From an uncultured Ruficoccus sp. (GTDB taxonomy: Bacteria > Verrucomicrobiota > Verrucomicrobiia > Opitutales > Cerasicoccaceae), in assembly GCA_965140785.1 (NCBI GenBank), contig OZ223518.1:32001-96000 (forward strand): a stretch of DNA of 64,000 nucleotides, given 5' to 3'. Below, piece by piece: positions 47,035 to 56,851 of this stretch. Every line of letters begins with the position of its first letter. The stretch's first letter is position 1. Both the position numbers and the translations under genes were made by a program. A model generated the notes under the pieces. The model was not told where the DNA came from. It saw only the letters and a list, made by a program, of their open reading frames with translations, and did not search any database.

Positions 47035-48525
47035 TCAACAGAGTTGGTACTGCGGGGTCTGGAGGATGGTTTGAATGACTTCCCGGGTGCTCCTGTATTT
47101 ACCGCCTTCAGCCCGGGCGATGTGGGCTTCGAGTTGCTGGCGAAAAGCTTCACTGGGCATCTCGGTCAGGAAGAGGCGGCAGAGGTGGTTGACGACGTAT
47201 TCCGGCGGTTGGCCGTAGAGGTATTTCAGGTCGGACGAGGAAATATTGAAATCGGTGTGGCCGGCTGCGCGGGCAGCTTTGAGATCACGCAGCTCGTCGG
47301 CGTTGAGCTTGTCCTCATTGATTCCCCAGAAGAGGGTCCGTGTCAACTGCCGCCGGGCTTCCAGCGTGGTGGCGTTGATCCAGTGCCGACCGCCGACCCA
47401 GCCGCGGACGTTGGGCGGGTTGTAAAACTCCTGCCCCATGGACCGGAGCCGACTCAGGGTCCGGCTGGGCAATGGGGGGATGTCCAGCTTCGCATCTTGG
47501 AATACGCCGACGTAGAACTGGACGGGGCTCTTGATGAGATTCATACGGTACTCGGGCGCGTAGAAGATCCGGCTGCGGAAAAATGTCTGCAACAGGGTGC
47601 TCATGTCGAAGTTGTGCATGCGCCAGACCCGGCCGAGCTCACGTATGAACGGCTCGGGCAGAGGCTGCTCCGAGAGATAGAAGTGCACCATCTCGCGCGG
47701 GACAAAGGTCTGGGCTGCCGGTTGCTGATAGACCAGGTCAATCACGTCATCGCCGTTGAAGCGCCCGGTCTTGTCGAAAACGGTTTTCATACCGTCGTCA
47801 TGATGCTTCCCCGAGAACCGGAATCCGTCCTTGCCGACGCGGTAGCCGGTGAAGGCGCGGGCCGCCTCCTTGATATCCTTTTCGCTGTAGTTGCCCTCTC
47901 CGAGAGTGAACAGCTCGAACAGCTCGCGGGCAAAATTCTCGTTCGGGGCCGATTTGGTATTCCGGTCGAGATTGAGGTATTTGATCATGGCGGGCGAGCG
48001 GCTGACCGCCTTGGCCAGATCCCGGTACGAGCCGAATCCCTTCATCCGCAGCAGGTCCTGATGGTCAAAGAGTAAATCGGTCTGCGGGACGCTTTGTCGC
48101 CCGACGACGAAGATATTCTGGAGAAAAAGCACGTACTTCTCCTGGGGCGAAGTAGCGGGCTGACGGGCGAACTGGAGCCAGCGGATACCGTAGTCCTGGT
48201 AGGCCTCGCCGCGCAGCTTCCGCTGCTCGCGCCGGATCTCCCGTTTCTTTTCCGGGTCCTTCGTCTCGCGGACCATGGCCTCCATCTGCGAGCTTTCCTC
48301 TGTATACTCGAGGACTTCCTGAGGCTCGGGCATGGGGGTGGGGGTGCTGAACCAGGCCTCCAGTGTGGCGTCGAGTCCTCGGCTGCGAGTGTTCTCTACT
48401 TCCTCCGGCGTGGACGAAAAACCCGCTCGGCGCAGCAAATGCCGCGTCTCTTTTTCGCCCCACTGATCCGGGGGCACTGCCTGCCAGGCCTGGCGCGGCG
48501 TGAGGTTTTTTATGCTCGTCGTCAC
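47035..48525 (-). CDS. DUF1800-family protein
   Basis: HLLRRAGF, PNENFARELFELFTLG, AARAFTG, PPNVRGW. Confidence 0.9.
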   Translation of the reverse strand: MTTSIKNLTPRQAWQAVPPDQWGEKETRHLLRRAGFSSTPEEVENTRSRGLDATLEAWFSTPTPMPEPQEVLEYTEESSQMEAMVRETKDPEKKREIRREQRKLRGEAYQDYGIRWLQFARQPATSPQEKYVLFLQNIFVVGRQSVPQTDLLFDHQDLLRMKGFGSYRDLAKAVSRSPAMIKYLNLDRNTKSAPNENFARELFELFTLGEGNYSEKDIKEAARAFTGYRVGKDGFRFSGKHHDDGMKTVFDKTGRFNGDDVIDLVYQQPAAQTFVPREMVHFYLSEQPLPEPFIRELGRVWRMHNFDMSTLLQTFFRSRIFYAPEYRMNLIKSPVQFYVGVFQDAKLDIPPLPSRTLSRLRSMGQEFYNPPNVRGWVGGRHWINATTLEARRQLTRTLFWGINEDKLNADELRDLKAARAAGHTDFNISSSDLKYLYGQPPEYVVNHLCRLFLTEMPSEAFRQQLEAHIARAEGGKYRSTREVIQTILQTPQYQLC

Positions 48526-48623
48526 CGCTGATTAGTGTTAACCTCCACGATCAGTTAAAGTTCCGAACAATCTTAATTTAGTTGTATTCAAAAATACCTT
48601 AAACGCAAAACGTAAATAACCCT

Positions 48624-49196
48624 ATGCGCAACTTGGCTCGTTCTTCTTTTCTCTTTTTTTCCGCCGCTTTGGTCGGACTTTTCGCCTTCAGTGGTTGTGA
48701 CACCACCAACACCTCCGAAAACGCCCAGCTGATTTCTTCCATGAAGACCTTCCACATGGGAGAGGTCCGCGGTGCTATCAGTGGCTTTTCCTCCCGCGAT
48801 CAGCAGGATGTGGTCGTCTTGACCCAGGAGATGGTCGCCCGTCGACTGGAGTCGCTCGGCTACCGCGAGGTGCAGACCTCGGACCCCGCCGACATGACCG
48901 TCATCCCGGGATGGAGCTTCTATCAGGAGCGTAACCCGGCCCTGCAAAATTCCGAGCCAGTCTCCTACGAGCAGGCGCTTTACCAGTCGGGTAATCTGAG
49001 CATGGCCCGCCTCGGCGTCGAGGTTCTCGGCGGCAGCGGTCAGGTGCTCTGGAGCTCGATGGCGAGTTGGGGCATCCAGGCTTCGGTCAATACGACGCAG
49101 GACTTTTCGCACGCGGCTGAGCAGGCGCTTATCGGTTTTCCCGAAGCCCAGCCCGATGCCGCGGTCAAGGCTCCGGCCACACCCAGCGATTCCTGA
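48624..49196 (+). CDS. Lipoprotein (DUF4136-like)
   Basis: Lipobox FSG-C; L.SLGY....PADM...FP pattern. Confidence 0.6.
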   Translation: MRNLARSSFLFFSAALVGLFAFSGCDTTNTSENAQLISSMKTFHMGEVRGAISGFSSRDQQDVVVLTQEMVARRLESLGYREVQTSDPADMTVIPGWSFYQERNPALQNSEPVSYEQALYQSGNLSMARLGVEVLGGSGQVLWSSMASWGIQASVNTTQDFSHAAEQALIGFPEAQPDAAVKAPATPSDS

Positions 49197-49276
49197 ATCG
49201 GGGGCTAAACGGGTACCGCTTTATTCATAAGCAGAGGACGCGGATCAGCCTCAACGGCACTCGTTAATTTTTCACT

Positions 49277-49312
49277 ATCCTCCGTCCGTTTGCGGGCGGG
49301 GGATTCTTTTTT
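49277..49312 (+). terminator. Rho-independent terminator
   Basis: atcctccgtccg-tttg-cgggcgggggat plus T-run. Confidence 0.7.
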
Positions 49313-49348
49313 ACGCTGGAGGGAAGCTCGACTCAACCAGCCTCTGGC

Positions 49349-50482
49349 CTACACCTCGCGCGAAGTGCGGTAGAGGCGTGGCACCCGCTTGGTGATCGAG
49401 CAGAAAGCCTCCCAGGGCACACAGTCGGCCCAGTGGCTGAACTCCTGCACGCCGATTTCCTCCTCTGCCTGATGGCCGATGATCGTCACGGTATCGCCGG
49501 CGGTGGCCTCGGGGTTGTCGGTCAGATCCACGATGGTCTGGTCCATGGTCACCCGGCCCAGGACCGGGCAGCGTCTGCCCCGGATGAGGACCTGGGCGCG
49601 GTTGCTGGCCGTGGTCGGGATGCCGTCGCCGTAGCCAGCGGTGATCACCCCCAGCCGGGAGTCACGCTGTAGGCGGCAGGTCTGCCCGTAGCTGATACCA
49701 GTCCCGGCGGGCAAGTGTTTGGTGATGCCGATGCGGGTATGAAAACTCAGGACGGGCTCGGGCTTGAGCTCGGCCAGGAAGGAATCGGGGTAGGGCAGGC
49801 AGCCGAACTGTAGCAGCCCCACGCGCACGGCGTTGAAGGGTGAGTCCTGGCTGAGCGTTTCCAGCCCTGCGCTATTGTCGGCGTGGATGAGCAGCGCAGC
49901 CGGGTCGAGGTCGGGCAGCGCTTCGAGTACGCGCAGGAAGCGGTTGCGCTGCTCCTGGGTGAAGGCCGGATCGGTGTCGGCGCTGGAAAAGTGGGTGAAG
50001 ATGCCCGCCAATTTCAGGTGCGGAGTGGCCATGATCTGCCGGTAGAGCCCCGCGGCGTTCTCGTGCCAAATGCCCAGCCGCCCCATGCCGGTGTCGATCT
50101 TGAGGTGAACGGGCAGGACCCCCTTGGCACGCTCCGCGGCGGTGGCCAGCCGCTCCACTTCCTCGGGGGTGGAGACGGTAGCGGTCAGGTCGTACTCGGC
50201 CAGATAGCGCTCCTCTTCCGGCAGGACGGGGCCGAGGACCAGGATCGGCCAGCCCCGGCCGATTTCGCGCAGCTCGGCCGCCTCGTAAACATTGGCCACG
50301 GCGAACATGCTCGCGCCGCTCTGCATCAAGCGGGTAACCATGCGCGGCATGCCATGGCCGTAGGCGTCGGCCTTGACCACGGCCACGTACTGCATGTGCG
50401 GCGGCAGTGCCGCCCGAATCCGCCCCAGGTTCCGCTCCAGCGCGCCCAGATCAATTTCCGCCCAGCAACGATATTTCTTCAT
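49349..50482 (-). CDS. alr: Alanine racemase
   Basis: [35 protein letters not shown]. Confidence 0.96.
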   Translation of the reverse strand: MKKYRCWAEIDLGALERNLGRIRAALPPHMQYVAVVKADAYGHGMPRMVTRLMQSGASMFAVANVYEAAELREIGRGWPILVLGPVLPEEERYLAEYDLTATVSTPEEVERLATAAERAKGVLPVHLKIDTGMGRLGIWHENAAGLYRQIMATPHLKLAGIFTHFSSADTDPAFTQEQRNRFLRVLEALPDLDPAALLIHADNSAGLETLSQDSPFNAVRVGLLQFGCLPYPDSFLAELKPEPVLSFHTRIGITKHLPAGTGISYGQTCRLQRDSRLGVITAGYGDGIPTTASNRAQVLIRGRRCPVLGRVTMDQTIVDLTDNPEATAGDTVTIIGHQAEEEIGVQEFSHWADCVPWEAFCSITKRVPRLYRTSREV

Positions 50483-50599
50483 CGATCTCACAGCAAAGCA
50501 CGCCGATCCCGCCCGTGCAATGAAGCAAATCGTCCGGCCTGCTTTTCTGGAGGGGGCGGCAGCCACAATGCACAAAATTCTTAGTGCAGGCTCGGAAGA

Positions 50600-51247
50600 C
50601 TATTTATGCCGCGCGGGGGTCCAGGTGCGGTACGATGGTTCGTTGACCAGGTAGAGGCCGGGGGCCTCGGCAGGCCGGAGGAGGCCGGGGGTGGTCAGGA
50701 GTTCCGGATGCTCGCGCAGGTCGTTCGTGATGGGCTCGGCGTGCGCGGGCGGGGTGTGCCAGGACTTACGCTGGCGCAGGTGGTAGATCGGGCCGGTCAA
50801 GGTTTCCAGCGCCTCCGGTTCGACTTCGGTGATCTTGCTGTCGGGGTGGGTGAGGAGGTTCCAGCGCGTTTGCCGGGCCTCCGCGATGACGTGGAAGGGC
50901 GTGTCGTTTTTCTGCTTAGCCGCGACCAGCGCGGCGGAAAGCTCCAGGCTGCGGCAGGTCAGCACCTCGGCCTGCTCCCAGGCCGGCAGCGCCAGCCACG
51001 AGCGAATGGCCATGGCGGCCAGGCGAATGCCCAGCACCGAGCCGGGGCCCTCGCAGTGGATGAAGCCCTGCACCGCTTCCAGTTTCCGTCCGCTATCGCG
51101 CAGACAACCTTCCACGAGCGAAAAAATACTCTCCAGCGCCGGGCTTTGCTCCGTGCGGTAGGCCAGCCACTGTCCGCCCCGCCAGAGACCGGCTTGGGCA
51201 CTCACCGAACTGGCATCTAGAAAAAGGTATAGGCGGTCGTTATCCAC
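50600..51247 (-). CDS. tsaB: TsaB-like tRNA t6A biosynthesis protein (GTG start)
   Basis: LFLDAS, EGPGSVLGIR (cf. GPGSFTGLR), IAEAR. Confidence 0.75.
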   Translation of the reverse strand: MDNDRLYLFLDASSVSAQAGLWRGGQWLAYRTEQSPALESIFSLVEGCLRDSGRKLEAVQGFIHCEGPGSVLGIRLAAMAIRSWLALPAWEQAEVLTCRSLELSAALVAAKQKNDTPFHVIAEARQTRWNLLTHPDSKITEVEPEALETLTGPIYHLRQRKSWHTPPAHAEPITNDLREHPELLTTPGLLRPAEAPGLYLVNEPSYRTWTPARHK

Positions 51248-51256
51248 TTCTTTTAT

Positions 51257-51404
51257 GATTCGTAAATTCGGGGATTTATTAATTCGAAAATTAAATCAAT
51301 CGAAAGTGAAAAAATGACGCGGGCTCGAAGACAGCGCAATCGACAATCGGCCCCAGCGCCCCCAAAAAAATCTACGAATTTATGAATCTATAAATCTACG
51401 AATT
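51257..51404. repeat. Pair of inverted AT-rich 8-mer arrays with no gene between them
   Basis: gattcgta aattcggg gatttatt aattcgaa ... aatctacg aatttatg aatctata aatctacg. Confidence 0.75.
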
Positions 51405-51407
51405 TTA

Positions 51408-51722
51408 TTACCGCCGTTTCTGCCAGGGCTGAGCCATGAGCTTTTCGATATCGGCGGTGGCGAGCATTTTCCACAGGGAAAAGATGCGCGAGTTGGAGAG
51501 GTCTTCCATTTCCCTCTCGGGGACGGGGCGGATATTGTTCTCCAGCGTGACGTAGCCGCCCGGAAAGACCGAGATGGTCCAACCGGTTTCGAGATGGGTC
51601 AGCCACACATCCGGGTTGGAGCCGTCGTCTTCCTCCTCACTCGCAGCCAGGAGGAGCTCCTTCAGCTTTTCGTCGGAAGGATTGATCTCGGTGATGCCCT
51701 CGCGATTAGTCGTGTGGTACAT
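51408..51722 (-). CDS. Hypothetical protein
   Basis: Host-like ORF co-oriented with rpoN/tsaB. Confidence 0.65.
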   Translation of the reverse strand: MYHTTNREGITEINPSDEKLKELLLAASEEEDDGSNPDVWLTHLETGWTISVFPGGYVTLENNIRPVPEREMEDLSNSRIFSLWKMLATADIEKLMAQPWQKRR

Positions 51723-51782
51723 GGCATTAAGCTGGCTCAGAAAGGGCAATGGTTCCGCAATTGAGCCGGAGGATCATTCAAA

Positions 51783-52277
51783 TTATTGGCGCACCTCAGA
51801 AAGTGCTTTTTCGGTTACTTTGGCAGTTTCTTCGATAAGCCGGTCCCTCTTCTTGGACCAATTGGTGAGGTCTGCATCTCTAAGGGATTGAATCCGTTGT
51901 TTAATGGAAGAGTCGTCAGGAAATGCGGACAATAGTAGAAGCAATCGATGATAGATAATCTCCACTTCAAAGGTAAGGTTTTGTTCTTTCTCGTCTAGCG
52001 GGAAGGACCTCCTGCTGTCATACGCACACTGGCGGGTATGGATGTTGTGGTAAATTTTTACGCAAAAAACAGATACCTCTTGTCGAAGGTTCTCCACCCA
52101 GGCGGTGTTTTGATCACTGATTCTGTCCGCACGATTCATCTCCTTTGCGACAAGGAGCGTCTTTTTTTGATACCAGGCTCCGACGAGAACAGCCGTCAAT
52201 GCAACGAACGCCGAAACTGATGCCGCAATCGCGGAGATTGCCTCGCTTACGTATTCAATGCTCATAGGCTCATTCAA
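51783..52277 (-). CDS. Hypothetical N-terminal-TM helical protein (AT-richer orphan)
   Basis: Starts a few nt after the rpoN stop; N..WVENLRQEVS motif. Confidence 0.65.
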   Translation of the reverse strand: MNEPMSIEYVSEAISAIAASVSAFVALTAVLVGAWYQKKTLLVAKEMNRADRISDQNTAWVENLRQEVSVFCVKIYHNIHTRQCAYDSRRSFPLDEKEQNLTFEVEIIYHRLLLLLSAFPDDSSIKQRIQSLRDADLTNWSKKRDRLIEETAKVTEKALSEVRQ

Positions 52278-52280
52278 TTC

Positions 52281-53735
52281 TCAGCGGTAGCGACGGCGTA
52301 GGTTGGTGGGCAGGATACCAAGCTCCTCGCGGTACTTGGCCACGGTGCGGCGGGCGATCTTGATGTCCTTTTCGCCCAAAATGCCGACAATGCCCTGGTC
52401 GCTGTAGGGCTTGGCCGGGTCCTCGTCCTCAATGATGTGGGCGATGAGGTCCTTGATGCTCTTGTTGGAAAACGATTCGCCGTCCTGGCCCTGGTAGCCG
52501 GGCGTGAAAAAGTATTTGAATTCGAATACACCGTGCGGGGTGTCGATGAACTTGTTGGCGATGGCGCGGGAGACGGTTGTCTCGTGCACGCCGACCAGCT
52601 CGGCCACCTGATTCATGGTGAGGGGGCGGAGCTTGGAGACGCCTTTTTCGAAAAAATCGCGCTGGAGCTGGAGAATCTCGCGCGTGATGCGCTCGATCGT
52701 CTGCTGGCGCTGCTCGATGGAGTTGATGAGGAACTTGCCGGAGCGGATCTTTTCGCGCAGGTACTCGCGGTCCTTGCCGTTGACGATGCCGCGGGCGATC
52801 ATCTCCTTGTAGGCGTGGGAAATGCGCAGGCGTGGGATGTAGTCGTTGTTCAGGTGGATGATCCACTCGTCCCCGTCCTTCTCCACGCGCACATCGGGCA
52901 CGATGACGCGGTTGGAGTCATCGCCGAATTTCCGCCCCGGCGCCGGGTCGAGCATGGCGATGTCCTCCATCGCCGCCTGCACGTCATCCACGGGGGTGGA
53001 GGCCTTGCGGGCGATCTCGGGGATACGCCGGCGCAGGAGCAGGTCGTAGTGGTCGCGGATGATGCGGGCTGGGAGGGACTTGGTGCGGCCCTGGAGGTTG
53101 AGCTGGGTCAGCAGGCAGTCCTGCAAATCCTTGGCCCCGATCCCGGCCGGATCGAAGGTTTTTAAAATCTCGGCCGCGCTCTGCACGCTCGAGAGCGGCA
53201 GGTTGGCCATGAGGGCGAGGTCGGAAAGACTGGCGGTGAGGAAGCCGCGGTCGTCGAGGCTGCCCACAAGGTAGTCCATGGCGGCGCGCTCGAGCTCGTC
53301 GAGTTCGGAGAGGTCGGCCTGGCGCAGGAGGTGCTCCTGCAGGGAGGTCTCCGAGGTCAGTGAATCGAAAAAGTGCTGGCGCTTCTCGTCGTCGTCGCGG
53401 GTGTAGGAACCGGCGGCGTTTTCCTGGGCGAAGTACTCGCGGAACTCCTCGTTGAGGTTGCTGAGGACGGAGTAGTCGTCGTCGCCCATTTTGAGCTCAC
53501 GCGGGTTGTCGTCGTCCTCGGAGCTGGAGTTGTCTCCGTCGCTGGACTGCTGTTCGAGGCTGACCCCGTCCATGGGGAGCTCCTCCAGTGTCGGGTTGGC
53601 CTGCAGTTCCTCCAAAATGGTATTGCGCAGCTCCAGGGCGGGCGCCTGGAGAATCTTAAGCGACTGGCGCAGCTGGGGCGCTAGCACCAGCGACTGCGTC
53701 TGCTTCTGAACCTGCTGAAACCCTTGGTTGGCCAT
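52281..53735 (-). CDS. rpoN: RNA polymerase sigma-54 factor
   Basis: Region I QKQTQSLVLAPQLRQ, HETTVSRA, RpoN box ARRTVAKYRE. Confidence 0.98.
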   Translation of the reverse strand: MANQGFQQVQKQTQSLVLAPQLRQSLKILQAPALELRNTILEELQANPTLEELPMDGVSLEQQSSDGDNSSSEDDDNPRELKMGDDDYSVLSNLNEEFREYFAQENAAGSYTRDDDEKRQHFFDSLTSETSLQEHLLRQADLSELDELERAAMDYLVGSLDDRGFLTASLSDLALMANLPLSSVQSAAEILKTFDPAGIGAKDLQDCLLTQLNLQGRTKSLPARIIRDHYDLLLRRRIPEIARKASTPVDDVQAAMEDIAMLDPAPGRKFGDDSNRVIVPDVRVEKDGDEWIIHLNNDYIPRLRISHAYKEMIARGIVNGKDREYLREKIRSGKFLINSIEQRQQTIERITREILQLQRDFFEKGVSKLRPLTMNQVAELVGVHETTVSRAIANKFIDTPHGVFEFKYFFTPGYQGQDGESFSNKSIKDLIAHIIEDEDPAKPYSDQGIVGILGEKDIKIARRTVAKYREELGILPTNLRRRYR

Positions 53736-53797
53736 CTATGTGTGTCGTGATCATTGGCGTGGGGTTTTCGCCAGGTGAAAGTGTGTGCGCCTTGCCT

Positions 53798-54742
53798 TTA
53801 GCGCCGCCCGGTGAACCAGCGGGTGCTGGCCGAGCCTCCTTCCTCACTGTAGAGGTCTTTGAGGTACACGGACAGTTTTTCGTTGGTGGGGCCGTAGCCG
53901 TCGCTGTAGAGGTAAACCTCGAGCGCGGTCAGCATCTCGGCGGCGGTCTGGTAGCGCTCCTCGCGGGGGCGGGCGAGGCAGCGGTGTAAAATGTCGTTGA
54001 GCTTCTCGTCGATGCCCTCGCGCATGCGCGTGAAGTCGGGCAGGTCCAGGTACTGAATCTTGTGCCGGGTCTGCTCCGGCAGCTCCCCCTCGAAAATGTT
54101 ATAGCCCAGCAGCAGTTCCGAGAGGACGATGCCGCAGGGGAAGATGTCCGCCCGCTCGTCGGTGATCTCCTTGCGGGCCTGCTCGGGGGAGAGGTACTCG
54201 TCCTTGCCCGCGATGACCTCGCCCTCCTCGTTGTACATGAGGTCCAGGGCCTTGGCGATGCCGAAGTCGGTCAGCTTCACGTCGCCCTCGTAGGCGAGCA
54301 TGATGTTTTTCGGGCCCACGTCGCGGTGGACGATGCCCAGCGGGCGGCCGTACATGTCGCGTTTGCTGTGGGCGTAGGCCAGCCCGCGGCAGATGCGCGA
54401 GACGATGAACACCGCCAGCTCGACCGGAATGAGCTGGTTGGTCTCCATGTGCCGATTGATGAACTCCTCGGTGTTGATGCCGTTGACGTACTCCATGACC
54501 ATGAAGTACTGCCCGTCGATGGAGCCGAGGTGGTAGGTCTGGACAATGTTGGTATGGATGAGGTCGGCCACCAGCCGGGCCTCCCCGATGAAATTATCCC
54601 GAAACTCGTCGATGGCGGAAAACTCCTCCCGGATCACCTTGATCGCGACCACCTTGCGGAACTCGTCGATCCCGAGCTGGCGCGCCTCATAGACCATACC
54701 CATGCCCCCCTCCGCGATTTTGCGGACGAGTTCGTATTCCAT
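53798..54742 (-). CDS. Hanks-type Ser/Thr protein kinase (cytoplasmic, catalytic domain only)
   Basis: [32 protein letters not shown]; alternative GTG start at 54772. Confidence 0.92.
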   Translation of the reverse strand: MEYELVRKIAEGGMGMVYEARQLGIDEFRKVVAIKVIREEFSAIDEFRDNFIGEARLVADLIHTNIVQTYHLGSIDGQYFMVMEYVNGINTEEFINRHMETNQLIPVELAVFIVSRICRGLAYAHSKRDMYGRPLGIVHRDVGPKNIMLAYEGDVKLTDFGIAKALDLMYNEEGEVIAGKDEYLSPEQARKEITDERADIFPCGIVLSELLLGYNIFEGELPEQTRHKIQYLDLPDFTRMREGIDEKLNDILHRCLARPREERYQTAAEMLTALEVYLYSDGYGPTNEKLSVYLKDLYSEEGGSASTRWFTGRR

Positions 54743-54851
54743 GTTGTCTACGAGTCGTTTATGAGCTACCACAATCTCCCTAGTTTAGACGGTGATTTCG
54801 CACGCGCAAGCGGTTTTTTACCAAGTGAGCACGAAACCTGCTTCCCGCTGG

Positions 54852-54881
54852 TTGACAGGCTCGGAGATTCACCTATACACT
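54852..54881 (+). promoter_or_regulatory. Sigma-70-type promoter for erpA
   Basis: TTGACA-N18-TACACT, ending 7 nt before the ATG. Confidence 0.55.
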
Positions 54882-54888
54882 TATTACC

Positions 54889-55206
54889 ATGATTAAACTG
54901 ACCGATAGCGCGGCGGAACGAATTTCCTCTCTCCAGTCCAAACTCGACGACAACACCAAGATCCTGCGGATATTCGTCGAGCCGGGCGGCTGCTCCGGCT
55001 TTGAGTACGGGATGTCCTTCGACGCGGAGAAGGAGGGCGACACAAAAATGGAGAGCAACGGTGTCAACTTCCTCGTGGACGCCGCGAGCCTCCAGTACCT
55101 TGACGGCTGCGTCATCAACTTTGACGACGGCCTCACTGGCAAGGGCTTCGATATTCATAACCCGAACGCCACCAGCACCTGCGGCTGCGGCAAAAGCTTC
55201 AGCTAG
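54889..55206 (+). CDS. erpA: A-type Fe-S carrier (HesB/IscA/ErpA)
   Basis: GGCSGFEY, NPNATSTCGCGKSFS. Confidence 0.9.
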   Translation: MIKLTDSAAERISSLQSKLDDNTKILRIFVEPGGCSGFEYGMSFDAEKEGDTKMESNGVNFLVDAASLQYLDGCVINFDDGLTGKGFDIHNPNATSTCGCGKSFS

Positions 55207-55245
55207 GCAGGACGCAGTCCTGCACCTGTGATGCTTACGCATCAC
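55205..55245 (+). repeat. Two-hairpin element (H2-H3 type)
   Basis: GCAGGAC-gca-GTCCTGC acct GTGATGC-ttac-GCATCAC. Confidence 0.75.
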
Positions 55246-55275
55246 GGAGGGGCTTGCCCCTTTATTGCCCCCGGG

Positions 55276-55662
55276 TTAACCCGGGAGGATTTCGACTTCG
55301 TAGCCGTCGGGGTCGGTGATGAAGGCCATCTTGGAGTCGTTGTCGGGGGTGAATTTTTCCTTCCAGTCATCGGGCCAGATTTCGATCCCGGCGTCTTCGA
55401 GCTTCTGGCAGTGAGCCACGACATCGTCCACGCGGATGCAGGTGTGCACGAGGTCCTCGGGGAATTCGACCTTGTAGTCGGGCGAGTAGGTCAGCTCCAG
55501 CTTGTGGGAGCTGCCGGGGATTTGCAGGTGGGCAAGCTGGTTGCCGGAGGGGGACTTGTCAGTGCGCTTGAGCACTTCGAAGCCGCAGGTCAGGCAGTAC
55601 CAGTCGATGGATTTCTGAAGATCGCTGACGCGGATGCGGGTATGGTCAAAGGTAATGGGCAT
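55276..55662 (-). CDS. VOC/glyoxalase I-family protein
   Basis: HTRIRVSDL..SIDWY, LELTY, AFITDPDGYEVE. Confidence 0.9.
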   Translation of the reverse strand: MPITFDHTRIRVSDLQKSIDWYCLTCGFEVLKRTDKSPSGNQLAHLQIPGSSHKLELTYSPDYKVEFPEDLVHTCIRVDDVVAHCQKLEDAGIEIWPDDWKEKFTPDNDSKMAFITDPDGYEVEILPG

Positions 55663-55672
55663 GGCTTTCGCA

Positions 55673-55710
55673 GTTTGGGAGTTCAGAGTTTGAAGGTTTG
55701 AAAGTTAAGG
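55673..55710. repeat. 8-mer array (GTTTGAAR) upstream of the VOC gene start
   Basis: gtttggga gttcaga gtttgaag gtttgaaa gttaagg. Confidence 0.8.
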
Positions 55711-55842
55711 GTATGCGAGTCGGGCGTCGCGTCTAGTCAGAAGGGCAATTTCTCCGGGAGATCGCGGCTGTTCGTTCTTATGTCTGTTTGATTGCGGGTT
55801 GAGCAGCTTCGTTGTGGACAGGAGCGGTCGCCCACATGTCCC

Positions 55843-56125
55843 GGGGTAGCGGCCTTTCTGGCCGCGTAGGGGCGCAGCCCCTCCATGTCCAGTGCGGTCA
55901 CGCACCCGCGTAGGGGCGCAGCCCCTTCATGTCCAGTGCGGTCACGCACCCGCGTAGGGGCGGAGCCCCTCTATGTCCAGTGCGGTCACGCACCCGCGTA
56001 GGGGCGGAGTCCCTCCATGTCGAGTGCGGTCACGCACCCGCGTAGGGGCGGAGTCCCTCCATGTCCAGTGCGGTCACGCACCCGCGTAGGGGCGGAGCCC
56101 CTCTATGTCCAGTGCGGTCACGCAC
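55843..56125. repeat. GTAG-REP followed by a 6 x 44-bp tandem array
   Basis: Units start at 55863, 55907, 55951, 55995, 56039 and 56083 (CGCGTAGGGGCGSAGYCCCTYYATGTCSAGTGCGGTCACGCACC). Confidence 0.95.
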
Positions 56126-56813
56126 TGGCCTGGTGGATGGCGACGATGCCGCCGGTCATCGGGACGGCCTTGACCTCGGCGAAGCCCACCCCGCGCAACT
56201 GCTCGGCGAAGACCGCGCGGGCGGGAAATTTTTCAATCGAGTCGCCTAAATATTCGTAGGCGTCGCGGTTGCCGGTGGCGAGTCGGGCCACGAGCGGGAG
56301 GATGCCTTTTAAATACGCGTAGTAAAAGGGCTTCATCCACCACGAGGGCTGGGAGAACTCCAGGATGAAAGCGGCGCCGCCGGGGCGCAGGACGCGGAGC
56401 ATCTCGCGCATGCCGCGTTCGCGGTCCTCGAAGTTGCGCAGGCCGAAGGAGATCGTGACCGCGTCCACGGAGGCGTCGTCGAGCGGGAGGTTCATGCAAT
56501 CGCCGAAGGCGAAACGGAGGTTCTCCATGTCCGGGCGCTGCTGCTTTTTTTCCTCAGCCTGGTCGAGCATGGGCTGGCAGAAGTCCAGCCCGGTGATGGC
56601 GACGCGTGGGCCGAGCGTTTCGCGCAGGGTAAAGGCGACGTCACCGCTGCCGGTGGCCAGGTCCACCACGTCGCAGGGCTGGCGGGCCTCGACCATGGCG
56701 GCCAGGCGGCGGCGCCAGCGAAAGTCCTGCCCGAAGCTGAGCAGGTGGTTGGCGGTGTCGTAGCGACCGGCGATTCCGGCGAACATGCGGCTGATGGCGG
56801 CTCCTTCTGGCAT
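56118..56813 (-). CDS. menG: UbiE/MenG quinone C-methyltransferase
   Basis: [46 protein letters not shown]. Confidence 0.9.
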   Translation of the reverse strand: MPEGAAISRMFAGIAGRYDTANHLLSFGQDFRWRRRLAAMVEARQPCDVVDLATGSGDVAFTLRETLGPRVAITGLDFCQPMLDQAEEKKQQRPDMENLRFAFGDCMNLPLDDASVDAVTISFGLRNFEDRERGMREMLRVLRPGGAAFILEFSQPSWWMKPFYYAYLKGILPLVARLATGNRDAYEYLGDSIEKFPARAVFAEQLRGVGFAEVKAVPMTGGIVAIHQASA

Positions 56814-56851
56814 AGCGTGTCTTGAATCCAGTAATTGCGATCTGTACCTTT

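Noticed and set aside
55843..56125. Possible CRISPR array
   Set aside because: Units are contiguous near-identical 44-mers with no unique spacers, and no cas genes are in the window.
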